This document shows positions 26,022 through 36,535 of a stretch of 64,000 bases of DNA, piece after piece. The notes beneath the pieces are model-generated. The model made no database searches. It was not told where the DNA came from and worked only from the letters and a program-made list of their open reading frames with translations. Positions within the stretch are counted from its first letter, which is position 1; the number at the start of each line of letters is the position of its first letter. A program made the position numbers and the translations under genes. Origin of the DNA: Candidatus Woesearchaeota archaeon (GTDB taxonomy: Archaea > Nanobdellota > Nanobdellia > Woesearchaeales > SKGA01); NCBI GenBank assembly GCA_046543005.1, contig JBKHAG010000002.1, positions 551 to 64,550 on the forward strand. Reading direction: 5' to 3'.

Positions 26022-26966
26022 ATGGCAGATTTACAAAATAGGATTGAAGCGATTTTGTTTGCATCTGGTAAAGGTGTAAGTGAAGAAGACTTAGCAAATT
26101 TTTGTCAGAGTACTCCAAAAACAATCCATAAATATGCCAAAAGACTTCAAGAAGAATATGCTACTCGAGATACTAGTTTAGTAATTTCTCAACATGAAAA
26201 CAAATGGAAATTAACTGTTCGAGGAAAATATCTTAACGATATCAAACAAATAACTAGTGAAACAGAACTTAGTAATTCCGTTTTAAAAACACTAGCAATT
26301 ATTGCGTTTAAAAGTCCTGTACTTCAATCAACAATAATTGATATGAGAGGACAAGGAGCATATGAACATATTAAAGTTCTTGCAAAGCAAAAATTTCTAA
26401 CTAAAGAAGATCAAGGAAGAACATACGTCCTAAAAATTACTGATAAATTTTATAATTATTTTGATATTGAAGGTGATGATGAGATCAGAGAAGTTTTTGA
26501 CGCGATGAAAAAACAACAAAGTAGAATAATTCAAGAAGGAATTATAGCTGCAGAAAAAGAACAAGCAAAAAGAGATTCTACAAGTCCACAACGACAAGAA
26601 ACAATAATTGGACAAATATATACTCGCCAAGACGCACAAGAAGATAAAGACAAACAAAACGCTTTTTTAGAAGAAATAGATACTCGCCTTTCAAAAACGT
26701 CAAATCGATTAGATCAAGACGATATTACATCAATAAAAAAAGCTGAAGATAAACCCTCAGAAGAAAATTCAAAGCTTGAAGAAAATAAAGATGAAGAATC
26801 CAAAAACACCTCTGATGAGGACGACTCAAACAATACATTTGAAAAGATGCCTAAAAAAAAATCTCAAGAATCACAAGATGAAAAAGAGCACGATTACAAA
26901 AAAGAAATAGAAGAATTTGCTAACGAAGAAAATAGTAAAGATCAAGAAAAAGAGAAATTTATTTAG
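26022..26966 (+). CDS. scpB: Segregation and condensation protein B (ScpB) with a long acidic/charged C-terminal tail
   Basis: IEAILFASGKGVSEEDL...LKTLAIIAFKSPVLQSTIIDMRGQGAYEHIKVL matches the tandem winged-helix ScpB signature. Confidence 0.7.
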   Translation: MADLQNRIEAILFASGKGVSEEDLANFCQSTPKTIHKYAKRLQEEYATRDTSLVISQHENKWKLTVRGKYLNDIKQITSETELSNSVLKTLAIIAFKSPVLQSTIIDMRGQGAYEHIKVLAKQKFLTKEDQGRTYVLKITDKFYNYFDIEGDDEIREVFDAMKKQQSRIIQEGIIAAEKEQAKRDSTSPQRQETIIGQIYTRQDAQEDKDKQNAFLEEIDTRLSKTSNRLDQDDITSIKKAEDKPSEENSKLEENKDEESKNTSDEDDSNNTFEKMPKKKSQESQDEKEHDYKKEIEEFANEENSKDQEKEKFI

Positions 26967-26976
26967 GTGAATTACC

Positions 26977-27105
26977 ATGCAAATGCTTCTCGTACGATGT
27001 CCAAATTGCAAACATCAAATGAAATATCAACCGCGAACACACACAAAAACTCTTAAAAAAAAGTGCGTTTATTGTGGGCGTTCATTTACTATTAAAACTC
27101 ATTAA
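26977..27105 (+). CDS. Unannotated small zinc-ribbon protein (42 aa), C4 type
   Basis: MQMLLVRCPNCKHQMKYQPRTHTKTLKKKCVYCGRSFTIKTH: two CxxC pairs, below the 60-aa cutoff of the ORF track. Vaguely RpoP/Rpb12- or r-protein-like. Confidence 0.4.
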   Translation: MQMLLVRCPNCKHQMKYQPRTHTKTLKKKCVYCGRSFTIKTH

Positions 27106-27214
27106 ATAGGTGTACGAATTAAACAACAAAAAATACTTCTTTTAGCCCGTTAACAGTAGGAATTTTATCTTTAGAGTCGTAAGACTTATAAAGTCAAAAT
27201 CGTTCGTTTTTTAC

Positions 27215-29701
27215 GTGACATCCTACGAAGAAATCCCACAAAAAAAAGAAGAACCAATAGCTCAAAATATTCTTCCAGCAGTCATTGAAGATGAGATGAA
27301 AAACGCTTATTTAGATTATGCAATGAGTGTAATTATTGGGCGCGCACTTCCAGATATTAGAGATGGACTTAAACCCGTTCATCGAAGAATTCTTTATGCA
27401 ATGAATGAAATGGGGATGTTTCATAATAAACCATATAAAAAATGTGCGCGTATTGTAGGGGAAGTATTAGGTAAATACCATCCTCATGGAGATAGTGCTG
27501 TATATGATAGCCTTGTTCGTATGGCTCAAGAATTTTCTTTACGATATCCTCTTATTAGAGGTCAAGGTAACTTTGGAAGTATCGATGGCGATAGCGCAGC
27601 AGCAATGCGTTATACTGAAGCAAAACTTGAAAAAATAAGTGGAGAGCTTCTTAGCGATATTGAAAAAGAAACAGTTACGTTTACTACTAATTTTGATGGG
27701 AGTCTTAAAGAACCTGAAGTTTTACCAACCAAATTACCTCAACTTCTTTTGAATGGAACTAATGGTATTGCAGTAGGTATGGCAACAAACATTCCCCCTC
27801 ATAACATGACTGAAGTTATTTCAGGAACAATTCATCTTCTTGAAAATCCTGATTGCACCATTCAAGAACTTATTGATATTATTCCAGGTCCTGATTATCC
27901 TACAGGCGGAATAATTACAGGGCGAAGCGGTATTTTAAAGGCATATGCAACTGGTCGAGGAAAGGTTAAAGTTCGATCAGTAATTAATGAAGGTCAAAGT
28001 CGAGGAAAAGACGCACTCATAGTAAGCGAAATTCCCTACCAAGTAAATAAAGCAACACTTCTTGAAAGCATTGCAGATAATATTCGAGATAAAAAAATTG
28101 AAGGTATCAAAGATATTCGAGACGAATCAAATAGAAAAGGTATCCGAGTTATTTTTGAATTAAAAAAAGATGCAAACATTGAAGTTGTAAAAAATCAACT
28201 TTTCAAACATTCACGATTACAAACAAGTGCAGGAATTATACTTTTAGCAATAAAAGATAAGCAACCAAAAACATTTACCCTTAAAGAAATTCTTGAAAGT
28301 TTTATTGAACATCGAAAAATAGTCGTTCGTAAACGAACCGAATATGAACTTGATAAAGCGCAAAAAAAAGCTCATTTGTTAGAAGGACTAAATAAAGCAC
28401 TCGACCATATTGATGCAATTATTTCACTTATTAAAAAGGCAGAATCAGGAGTTTTAGCTAAAGAACAATTATGTAAAACGTACGAATTTTCGCAACTTCA
28501 AGCCCAAGCAATCTTAGATATGAAACTGCAAAAACTTACAGGTCTTGAACAAGACAGTATTCGAAAAGAATATGATCAAATTTTACTTAAAATCGCAGAA
28601 CTTGAAGAGTTACTTGCTAATGAAGAAAAAATAAAACAAGTTATTAAAGAAGAACTTGTAGAAATTAAAGAACAGTATGGCGATGAGCGAAAAACTCAAA
28701 TTGTTGAATGTGACTATGAAGATATTGATGACGAAGATTTAATACCTCAAGAAGATCAAGTTGTTACCATTACAAAAACAGGATATGCAAAGCGCCTTCC
28801 TATTGATACGTATCGACTTCAACGTCGAGGAGGCAAAGGAGTTATTGGTGCTCAAATGAAAGAAGAAGATTTAGTTGAACACCTATTCATTGCAAACACT
28901 CACGCACACCTCTTAATATTTACATCAAAAGGTCAAGCACACTGGTTAAAAGTTTATAAACTTCCTGAAACGTCAAGAACATCTAAAGGAAAAGCTCTTG
29001 TTAATCTTGTTTCTTTAGAAAAAGATGAAACAATTGCAGCAATTATCCCAATACAAGAATTCACTCAAGAACATAATCTTATGATATGTACAAAGCAAGG
29101 TATTGTTAAAAAAACTAATATGATGGCATATTCTCGACCTCGACAAAACGGTATTCGAGGAATTACGCTTGATGAAAATGATAGGGTTGTGTCTGTTCGA
29201 AAAACAAATGGCAAACAAGACGTTCTTATAGCTACAAGACAAGGTCAAGCAATAAAATTTAATGAACAAGACGCTCGAACCATAGGTAGAACTAGTCGTG
29301 GCGTGAGAGGAATCCGATTAGGAGCTCAAGACTATGTTGTTGACATGATTATTGCTGATCCTTCTCAAAGCGTATTAACAGTTACCCAAAACGGCTACGG
29401 AAAACGTACAAAAATGGAAGAATATCGACGTATTGGACGAGGCGGAAAAGGCGTACGAAATATTATTTGTAGTCAACGAAACGGCCCAGTCGCCGCAGTA
29501 CGTAGTGTGCAAGGACACGAACAACTCATTTTAATTTCTCAAAAAGGGATAGTTATTAGAACACCAGTAGAACAAATTAATTGTATTGGAAGAAACACCC
29601 AAGGCGTACGCTTAATGAATTTAGCAGACAGCGATTTTGTTCAAAGTGTTGCTAAAATTGCAGAAGCAGAGCAAGAAGAAAAACTAGTCCCTACAGAATA
29701 A
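27215..29701 (+). CDS. gyrA: DNA gyrase subunit A
   Basis: [33 protein letters not shown] (active-site Tyr region), GyrA-box-like C-terminal beta-pinwheel repeats, 828 aa. GTG start. Confidence 0.9.
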   Translation: MTSYEEIPQKKEEPIAQNILPAVIEDEMKNAYLDYAMSVIIGRALPDIRDGLKPVHRRILYAMNEMGMFHNKPYKKCARIVGEVLGKYHPHGDSAVYDSLVRMAQEFSLRYPLIRGQGNFGSIDGDSAAAMRYTEAKLEKISGELLSDIEKETVTFTTNFDGSLKEPEVLPTKLPQLLLNGTNGIAVGMATNIPPHNMTEVISGTIHLLENPDCTIQELIDIIPGPDYPTGGIITGRSGILKAYATGRGKVKVRSVINEGQSRGKDALIVSEIPYQVNKATLLESIADNIRDKKIEGIKDIRDESNRKGIRVIFELKKDANIEVVKNQLFKHSRLQTSAGIILLAIKDKQPKTFTLKEILESFIEHRKIVVRKRTEYELDKAQKKAHLLEGLNKALDHIDAIISLIKKAESGVLAKEQLCKTYEFSQLQAQAILDMKLQKLTGLEQDSIRKEYDQILLKIAELEELLANEEKIKQVIKEELVEIKEQYGDERKTQIVECDYEDIDDEDLIPQEDQVVTITKTGYAKRLPIDTYRLQRRGGKGVIGAQMKEEDLVEHLFIANTHAHLLIFTSKGQAHWLKVYKLPETSRTSKGKALVNLVSLEKDETIAAIIPIQEFTQEHNLMICTKQGIVKKTNMMAYSRPRQNGIRGITLDENDRVVSVRKTNGKQDVLIATRQGQAIKFNEQDARTIGRTSRGVRGIRLGAQDYVVDMIIADPSQSVLTVTQNGYGKRTKMEEYRRIGRGGKGVRNIICSQRNGPVAAVRSVQGHEQLILISQKGIVIRTPVEQINCIGRNTQGVRLMNLADSDFVQSVAKIAEAEQEEKLVPTE

Positions 29702-29763
29702 GAAAAAAAATTGACAGGGTTTTGTATCGTAAAGTATTTAAGCTCTTAAACTATAAAAACTGT

Positions 29764-30282
29764 ATGAACTTCAGAGAAAATCACTTACGAAAAAAAGGTT
29801 GGAGCGAAGAAGAAATAGATTCTGTAAAAGAAATTATTAAACGACGCGAAGAAAAAAGCCCTCAAAAGAAAAAACACGTGTTTGCTCAAGTGAGTCTTTG
29901 GATTTCGTTATGCATGGTTTTATTGCTTGGAATTATAGGAGTTTTACTTGTTGAACCATTTTTATTTGTTGTAAGCCCCGCAGGTGCAATAATAATTATT
30001 GGAATAGCAGGTTTATTTGTTGGAACATTTGCAGGAATAATTGTGCGAGACATTGAGCTAGTTGAAAAAAAACATCATTTATTTATTGGAAGTATTTTTC
30101 CAATCATATCAATTATTACAAGCATTTTTTTAATAGCAACAATTAAAGATATTTTAACATTATACACTACAAACCACTATAGTGCTTTCGTGCTTGGAAT
30201 AGTTTATGGCCTTTGTGCGTTAGCAACCTACTTAATGGTTTTAGAAATAAAAAAACGAGGTGAATCTCGTGGATCTTTATGA
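29764..30282 (+). CDS. Membrane protein with four TM segments (hypothetical)
   Basis: Four hydrophobic helices. Start taken at internal Met (MNFRENH). Overlaps the downstream ORF. Confidence 0.4.
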   Translation: MNFRENHLRKKGWSEEEIDSVKEIIKRREEKSPQKKKHVFAQVSLWISLCMVLLLGIIGVLLVEPFLFVVSPAGAIIIIGIAGLFVGTFAGIIVRDIELVEKKHHLFIGSIFPIISIITSIFLIATIKDILTLYTTNHYSAFVLGIVYGLCALATYLMVLEIKKRGESRGSL

Positions 30283-30667
30283 ATGGACGAAACATTATAT
30301 TGCGTTTAAAGATATTTTAAAACGACAAATCGTTAAAAAAACATATCTTACTACGAGTATTGTTGTAGAAGAAAAAAAAGAAAAAAAGCTATACTTAGTT
30401 ATGGAAACACTTTCAGATAGTGTTGAGAGTATAAAAAAAACTAAAGGTAAAAAAACTATCATTGTCACTCACAATACTATTACCAACTGTAATACGTTAA
30501 TTAAAGAATGGGATATTTTTGCTCAAGAAGCAAACATCACAATCATTTTTGTTAATGTAGATTTAGATGATAAATGGATTATACATCCAGCAACACATCA
30601 GCACATTGCAGATAAAAAAAACCTTAAAGAAGGTATATTTTCACTTCACAATGTAGAGAAAAAATAA
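30260..30667 (+). CDS. Hypothetical protein
   Basis: ORF overlapping the upstream gene by 23 nt and ending 11 nt before radB. No motif recognised. Confidence 0.35.
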   Translation: MNLVDLYEWTKHYIAFKDILKRQIVKKTYLTTSIVVEEKKEKKLYLVMETLSDSVESIKKTKGKKTIIVTHNTITNCNTLIKEWDIFAQEANITIIFVNVDLDDKWIIHPATHQHIADKKNLKEGIFSLHNVEKK

Positions 30668-30678
30668 GGAAAACTACT

Positions 30679-31383
30679 ATGAACTCAACAGAGCATATTA
30701 CAAAGATTACTACAGGAAGTGAAGCTATTGACTGGCTTTTAGAAGGCGGTCTTGAAAGAGAAGTCATTACAACCATATATGGTCCTGCAGGGAGTGGAAA
30801 AACAAATATTTGTTTATTAAGCGCTGCTCATTGCAAAAACAAAAAAGTCATTTATATTGATACAGAAGGTAGTTTTAGTGTTTCTCGCCTTAGACAAATC
30901 AGTGACGATTATAAAGCAGTACTAGACAATACTATTATTTTAAAACCAACAACTTTTGCCGAACAAAAAAAAGCATTTGAAGAATTACGCAGTATAGACC
31001 ATTCAAAAACAGGAATAATTATTGTAGATAGTATTGCGATGCTATATCGTCTTGAAATGGGACAAACTAAAAAAATTTATGAAGTAAATAAACAACTAGG
31101 TATGCAACTTGCGTTCCTTACTGAAATTGCCAGAAAAAATAAAATACCTGTTCTTATTAGTAATCAAGTCTACGCTGACTTTGAAAATAAAGATAAAGTC
31201 AATATTGTTGGCGGAGATTTATTAAAATATCAAAGTAAATGTCTCATAGAACTTAAAAAAATAAGTGATGGCGCACGCAAAGCAATTATTCGAAAACATC
31301 GCTCCATAGAAGAAAACAAAGAAATTGATTTTAGAATTACCGACTTAGGAATTCAAGAAATAAAAAAAGAAAATAAAGAATAA
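30679..31383 (+). CDS. radB: DNA repair and recombination protein RadB
   Basis: ITTGSEAIDWLLEGG...TIYGPAGSGKTNICL (Walker A), 234 aa, RecA core only. Confidence 0.85.
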   Translation: MNSTEHITKITTGSEAIDWLLEGGLEREVITTIYGPAGSGKTNICLLSAAHCKNKKVIYIDTEGSFSVSRLRQISDDYKAVLDNTIILKPTTFAEQKKAFEELRSIDHSKTGIIIVDSIAMLYRLEMGQTKKIYEVNKQLGMQLAFLTEIARKNKIPVLISNQVYADFENKDKVNIVGGDLLKYQSKCLIELKKISDGARKAIIRKHRSIEENKEIDFRITDLGIQEIKKENKE

Positions 31384-31393
31384 AAAAGAAAAA

Positions 31394-31996
31394 TTATTCT
31401 TCTGTGAATTGGTCAACAGTGTATTCAAAAGCTTGACCTTTGTTAATTTGACCACGAAGTTCTAAATAATTTTTTGCAAGTAACCAAAATACTAAACCAA
31501 TGCTTTTTTTACCTTTATTATTACAAGGGATAATATAATCTATATTGTTTGCAGTATTATTAGTATCACAAAGTGCAACGACAGGAATTCCTACTTTAAT
31601 TGCATCTTTAATTGCGTTTTTATCAGGAATTGGATCAATTACAACAATTATTTTTGCTTCAGTAAAATTCTTTAATTGAACATTTGTTAAAATGCCCGGA
31701 GGATATCGTCCTGCAAATCCTTTTGTTCCAGTTACGTGTGCAAACATTCGCACAGGCTTCCAACCATTTTCTCGTCGAGAAACTACTAAAATATCTTCAG
31801 GATCATATTTTGCTAGCAATTGAGCTGCAAATAAAATCCGCTCGTCAATATCTGCGATGTTTAAAACACTTAAACCATCAGATCTTGTTTTGTAAATAAA
31901 ATTCTTCATGAATTCAGTTCGAAATTTAGTCCCAATATGAATTCCAGATTTTAAATAATCTTCTGTAGATATTAATAAATTTTCTTCTTCTACCAT
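31394..31996 (-). CDS. rps2: 30S ribosomal protein S2 (uS2)
   Basis: GIHIGTKFRTEFMKNFIYKTRSDGLSVLNI...VVIDP. Start taken at the internal Met (MVEEENLL). Confidence 0.85.
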   Translation of the reverse strand: MVEEENLLISTEDYLKSGIHIGTKFRTEFMKNFIYKTRSDGLSVLNIADIDERILFAAQLLAKYDPEDILVVSRRENGWKPVRMFAHVTGTKGFAGRYPPGILTNVQLKNFTEAKIIVVIDPIPDKNAIKDAIKVGIPVVALCDTNNTANNIDYIIPCNNKGKKSIGLVFWLLAKNYLELRGQINKGQAFEYTVDQFTEE

Positions 31997-32234
31997 TTTT
32001 TCACCTTGTAGCAAAAGGAATACGTTAGAAAGAAATATGTTCTTTCGCACCATTTTTACCCGTGCTACGTTTGTAACGCTGTTAGAAACTTGGACGTTTA
32101 TACTAAACGCAATACGCAAGGTATTTTAATTCTAACTAAGGTTATATACCTTGAAAATCAAGACCTATTTATAAATATATTGCATTACAGGCCAAAATTA
32201 AGATAAAATGCTAAAAAAATAAACAAGACGATGA

Positions 32235-32585
32235 TTAAAAATCATCATCATCAGCATCATCGCCGAATTCATCAGAATCTCCTTTGGTTGTTAAGAGTTC
32301 TTTAATTTCGGGATCTACTTCTTCTTTTTTTTTAAATCGAGGAAGATTCACACCCGCAGGCTTTGGTTTTCCTTTTTTCTTCTCAAGTAATTGTGCAAAG
32401 GAAACTTTTGCCAAAACTTTAGTTATTTTTACTTTTACAAAATCTCCAGATTCAACACCAGGAACAAAAACGACAAAGCCTTTTACTCGTAAAATACCGT
32501 CGCCTTTTTCACCTACTGAAGAAATATATCCAGTACAAACATCCCCTGCTAAAAGAGGAGGCTGATTATCTTTATAGTCACTCAT
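32235..32585 (-). CDS. TRAM-domain protein with an acidic C-terminal tail
   Basis: GDVCTGYISSVGEKGDGILRVKGFVVFVPGVESGDFVKVKITKV is a TRAM OB-fold signature. Confidence 0.7.
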   Translation of the reverse strand: MSDYKDNQPPLLAGDVCTGYISSVGEKGDGILRVKGFVVFVPGVESGDFVKVKITKVLAKVSFAQLLEKKKGKPKPAGVNLPRFKKKEEVDPEIKELLTTKGDSDEFGDDADDDDF

Positions 32586-32676
32586 TCATAAACCTCATAT
32601 ATTATTTTTAACGTATTATTCTTTAAAGAAATAGATACTAAAAGAAAAAGAAAAAAAGAAATAAAAAGACTCAACA

Positions 32677-33495
32677 TCAATTCTTCACCTTAATGGGTTT
32701 TAAAGAAATCCATGCTAAATCATACAGTTGTCCTAGTGCTGAAGCAAAAAAGGGAGTATTTACCCAAATTCCTACATCGTATGAAGGATGAACTTCTTCA
32801 TCATTTAATACCATAAACAGAACTTCTACACCATCAACAACAACAAACCGCGCACTAATATGATCTATATGACGAACCTGTGCAATTCCTGTTAATTCTT
32901 TTGCTGCTTCTTTTGCCTCATCAGTAGATATTGGTGCTGCAATTTTAATAGTTATTCCACGTTTAGCTAACTCTTCAAAAAGAGGTCGTAAACCTTCCAC
33001 TTTTCGAATAAAACCTTGAGTGGTTGTTAAAATAACAACGCTTTCTTGAGCGCTTTTAATGGTAAACTCCATGTGATTATACAAATTCATTCGTCCACGA
33101 AGCGAACCTGAAAGATCTGTTGGTTCAACAAGCTCTACACCTTGAGTGTGAAGTGTGTTTAATTCATCAACAACATCAGTACCCTTTAAATCATCAAGTT
33201 TTTTAACTTGAGTTTGAGTTGAACTCATTAGATTTTTCTTTACTCGTTCTAATACTTCTGTGGGCGGAACTGCAATATATTTTATTGGCTTTCCAATTTT
33301 CATCACAACAAAACCTTTTTTTTCTAAAGATTCTAATACATCATAACTTCGTGATCGCGGAACATTTGCTATATCTGAAAGTTCTCCTGCAGTACTAACT
33401 CCTCGTGAAAGAAGTGCTACCCACACTTTTGCTTCGTATAAATTTAACGAAAAATATCGTCGTAATTTTGCTAAAAAATCATCTTTTACTATCAT
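32677..33495 (-). CDS. TrmB-family transcriptional regulator
   Basis: N-terminal wHTH LNLYEAKVWVALLSRGVSTAGELSDIANVPRSRSYDVLESLEKKGFV. Confidence 0.75.
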   Translation of the reverse strand: MIVKDDFLAKLRRYFSLNLYEAKVWVALLSRGVSTAGELSDIANVPRSRSYDVLESLEKKGFVVMKIGKPIKYIAVPPTEVLERVKKNLMSSTQTQVKKLDDLKGTDVVDELNTLHTQGVELVEPTDLSGSLRGRMNLYNHMEFTIKSAQESVVILTTTQGFIRKVEGLRPLFEELAKRGITIKIAAPISTDEAKEAAKELTGIAQVRHIDHISARFVVVDGVEVLFMVLNDEEVHPSYDVGIWVNTPFFASALGQLYDLAWISLKPIKVKN

Positions 33496-33595
33496 TGTAT
33501 ACCCCCAAAAGGCACCTCACCCTTTTTACTAGATTAAATAAGCACTACTATTTATATGTTACTGTTTTTAACCTTTGTCGAATAGTTACAAAATG

Positions 33596-34480
33596 TTATT
33601 TTTTAATAATGTAAAAAAGCTCATCTGCTTGTAAAAAAGAAGAATACTTCCACTTTTGTTTTTTAATAAATCGTTCTAACCACCCTCGCACATTCATATC
33701 TAAGGATTTACCACTAATGCAAACAAGAGGAAAAGAAACAACCATGAATCTAGAAGGACAAGCATCTAAAAGAGTTTTAGAATAATGTCTTTTTTTTTGT
33801 TCTATTGAATCAAGTGTTTTTAGAAAAAAACAAAGAGTGGATTTTTGCATGCTAAACCATTTAAGAAACTCGTTTGAAAGTAATGAAAAAGAATATGCAG
33901 ACCCTTTAATGCCGGTTTGTTTAAAAAAATCTTGCACTAAAAACATATCTTCTTTAGACAAGTCAACTGCAGTATAATTAGTTGGTTTTTTAGAAAAATA
34001 ACAATACGAAAAAGGATTATAACCACAAGCCAAATCTAGTAAAGAATACGTTTTGGGAAAATCAAATTTTTCTAGTTCTTCAAATATTTTTTGATATACT
34101 GCTTCATAATGAGAAAATCGTTCTCTAGAGGATTGATGAGAACATAAAATTTTTTCTATTCTTTTATCACAAAAGGAATCCAAATCTAAAATAATTTTTT
34201 TAAAATTTCTAAGAGGTTGTTTTACATACACTCCGTAAGCAACGCGCAGTTTTTTTCGCGTTAATGAAATAAGTTTTTTATACAAAGCGCTTCGTTTATA
34301 ATTTTTAAAAGAATTATATTTACTGGCAAAAGCTTCATATTTTTGTAAAGTAATTTGTTCTTCTCGTAAAACTTGATGAAGTTGTGTAAGCACATACGAA
34401 CGATCTAAAGAACGCAGTTCTTTTTTTTCACAAATAGACGCTATAAGTTGATTTTCAAAAGGAATCATAAAACAACCCAC
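33596..34480 (-). CDS. Putative class I SAM-dependent methyltransferase with an N-terminal extension
   Basis: Motif I-like LLDLACGYNPF and an acidic motif II TAVDLS. Overlaps the pelota 3' end by 16 nt. Confidence 0.45.
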   Translation of the reverse strand: MGCFMIPFENQLIASICEKKELRSLDRSYVLTQLHQVLREEQITLQKYEAFASKYNSFKNYKRSALYKKLISLTRKKLRVAYGVYVKQPLRNFKKIILDLDSFCDKRIEKILCSHQSSRERFSHYEAVYQKIFEELEKFDFPKTYSLLDLACGYNPFSYCYFSKKPTNYTAVDLSKEDMFLVQDFFKQTGIKGSAYSFSLLSNEFLKWFSMQKSTLCFFLKTLDSIEQKKRHYSKTLLDACPSRFMVVSFPLVCISGKSLDMNVRGWLERFIKKQKWKYSSFLQADELFYIIKK

Positions 34481-35517
34481 CGTGTCGTTGCAACAACGCC
34501 ACCCAAACCATCAATTGTTTTTGTTACTGCACAATCTTGAACTATATGAATTTCTCCTTTATGCTTATCAACTATTTTCATAAGTGCGTCTAATTGTTCA
34601 TACCTGTTTTCTTCTCTTGTTTTTTTAATAAAATTTGCTGAAACAACAAGATGGTCTACAGCACCCATTTTTGATGCATCAAAGACGTCTTCTAAACCGT
34701 ACTGTAAAGTATTTTTTTGTAAATGATGTAAAACAGTATGTAATAATTTTTGTTCTTGTTGCACTCTTTGATCTGCTAAAACATTTGCTAGCTCAGGACG
34801 ACTCAATAAAGAATTTATCGCAGATCTTGAAACATCGCCTGAAGTTACAAATAAAACTTTTTTTTTCAATTCAAAACAAAGATCTTTTGAAATATACGTC
34901 TGCCAAAAAGCAGGACTTGCACAAACAATAGTTTTTGGCCCATAGTGTTTATCGAGTTGAGATAATTCTTCAAGTAAAGAACTAAAAAGTTTTTTAGAAG
35001 ATGCAGATTCAACATATTGTTTTTTAGGCACGTCTAAAGATAATTCGCCAACATGAGTTATTCCTGTTTGACGAAGAAGAGAAAACAATGCTTTTTCTCT
35101 GTCAAATAAACAAAATAAAACACAATCTTTTTTAGCGCTTATCGCTTCATGTAATTGTTCTTTTTGAAAACTTAACCATTGAGGTTTTATTAAGGTAAAG
35201 GCATCATTTTGAGAAAAACCAAAGGTATGATATGAACCCTTGGGAACATCTTCAGGTCCTTGATCAACAATTCCTTTGACCCGCAAAGAAGACATATCTT
35301 CTTGCAAAACCACATCTTCAGCTTTTATAGTCAACGTTATTGTTTTTTTTATGACTTTTGTTGAGCTTTCGCTATCGCCAAGTTTTATTTTTCTTTGAGT
35401 TCTTGAAATAAGCATGTCGCCTGGCGAAATAATATGAGATAAATACCACAAGTCTTCTATAGCAGATATTTTCAAAGAGACTCGACCTTTGGAAAAATCT
35501 TTTTTTAATAAGATCAT
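34465..35517 (-). CDS. mRNA surveillance protein Pelota (Dom34 homolog)
   Basis: N-terminus GRVSLKISAIEDLWYLSHIISPGDMLISRTQRKI matches the Pelota Sm-like domain. 350 aa. Confidence 0.8.
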   Translation of the reverse strand: MILLKKDFSKGRVSLKISAIEDLWYLSHIISPGDMLISRTQRKIKLGDSESSTKVIKKTITLTIKAEDVVLQEDMSSLRVKGIVDQGPEDVPKGSYHTFGFSQNDAFTLIKPQWLSFQKEQLHEAISAKKDCVLFCLFDREKALFSLLRQTGITHVGELSLDVPKKQYVESASSKKLFSSLLEELSQLDKHYGPKTIVCASPAFWQTYISKDLCFELKKKVLFVTSGDVSRSAINSLLSRPELANVLADQRVQQEQKLLHTVLHHLQKNTLQYGLEDVFDASKMGAVDHLVVSANFIKKTREENRYEQLDALMKIVDKHKGEIHIVQDCAVTKTIDGLGGVVATTRWVVL

Positions 35518-35582
35518 AGGCAGTAAAAATAAGTCAAAGTATAAATAGTTTACGAGAAAACGAAAATAAAAAAAATAAAAAA

Positions 35583-36533
35583 TTAAGCGTCTCGAACACC
35601 TTCATCAACTACTATAAAAACACATTCAGAATCAGGCAAGTTAGGACTATCTACGAGTTTGGCAACACGAGTGCCTTTTTTACCTTTTCTTAAATAGATA
35701 CGAAAAGTACTATTATGGCCAACGATGTGTCCCCCAATTGCTTCAGTAGGATCACCAAAAAATGCGTCAGGTTTTGCCATGACTTGATTTGTTACATATA
35801 CGCAAATATTATTAATATCTGCAAGTTTTGAAAGAACCCTCATGTGTTTGTTTATTTTTTGTTGACGCTCTGCAAGAGTTCCTCGACCAATAAATTCTGC
35901 TCGAAAATGCGCTGTAAGTGAGTCAACAACAACAACTCGAACACGTTCCCCTGCTTTTACAATATCACTAACTTTTTCTGCCAATAACATTTGGTGATCC
36001 GAATTATATGCTTTTGCAACTTTAATCCTGTTTAATGTTTCTTGAGGATCAAGACCAAAACCTGTTGCTATTTGCATAATGCGTTCTGGGCGAAAGGTAT
36101 TTTCTGTATCTATAAATACAGCTGATGCTTCAGAGTCGTCTATTTGGCACGCCACGCAAAGAATATGTGCAATTTGCGTTTTAGAACTTCCATATTGACC
36201 ATAACATTCAGTAATTGCTCCTGTTTCAAAACCGCCACCAAGCATGTCATCAAATTGACTAGCACCAATTTTTATTTTTTGAACTCGAGAACGTTTTTCT
36301 AGGACGTCACTTCCAGACTGAAAACCCATATCCAGATTCGTTCGTGCTGATTGAATCATTTTTCGAGCAGCAGTTTCTGTAACGCCTGAAGCATCTGAAA
36401 GTTCTGCAGGTGTAGCTACAGCTATTGCCATAAGATTATCAAATCCCGAAGCCATTAATTTTTCTGCGGTCGCGCTTCCCACGCCAGGTAAATCATCAAT
36501 TCCAATTTCTTTATCTTTAGTCATATAAAACAC
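35583..36533 (-). CDS. radA: DNA repair and recombination protein RadA
   Basis: N-terminal HhH DLPGVGSATAEKLMASGF, Walker A GAITECYGQYGSSKTQ, and a RecA/Rad51 core. Confidence 0.9.
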   Translation of the reverse strand: MFYMTKDKEIGIDDLPGVGSATAEKLMASGFDNLMAIAVATPAELSDASGVTETAARKMIQSARTNLDMGFQSGSDVLEKRSRVQKIKIGASQFDDMLGGGFETGAITECYGQYGSSKTQIAHILCVACQIDDSEASAVFIDTENTFRPERIMQIATGFGLDPQETLNRIKVAKAYNSDHQMLLAEKVSDIVKAGERVRVVVVDSLTAHFRAEFIGRGTLAERQQKINKHMRVLSKLADINNICVYVTNQVMAKPDAFFGDPTEAIGGHIVGHNSTFRIYLRKGKKGTRVAKLVDSPNLPDSECVFIVVDEGVRDA

Positions 36534-36535
36534 CT

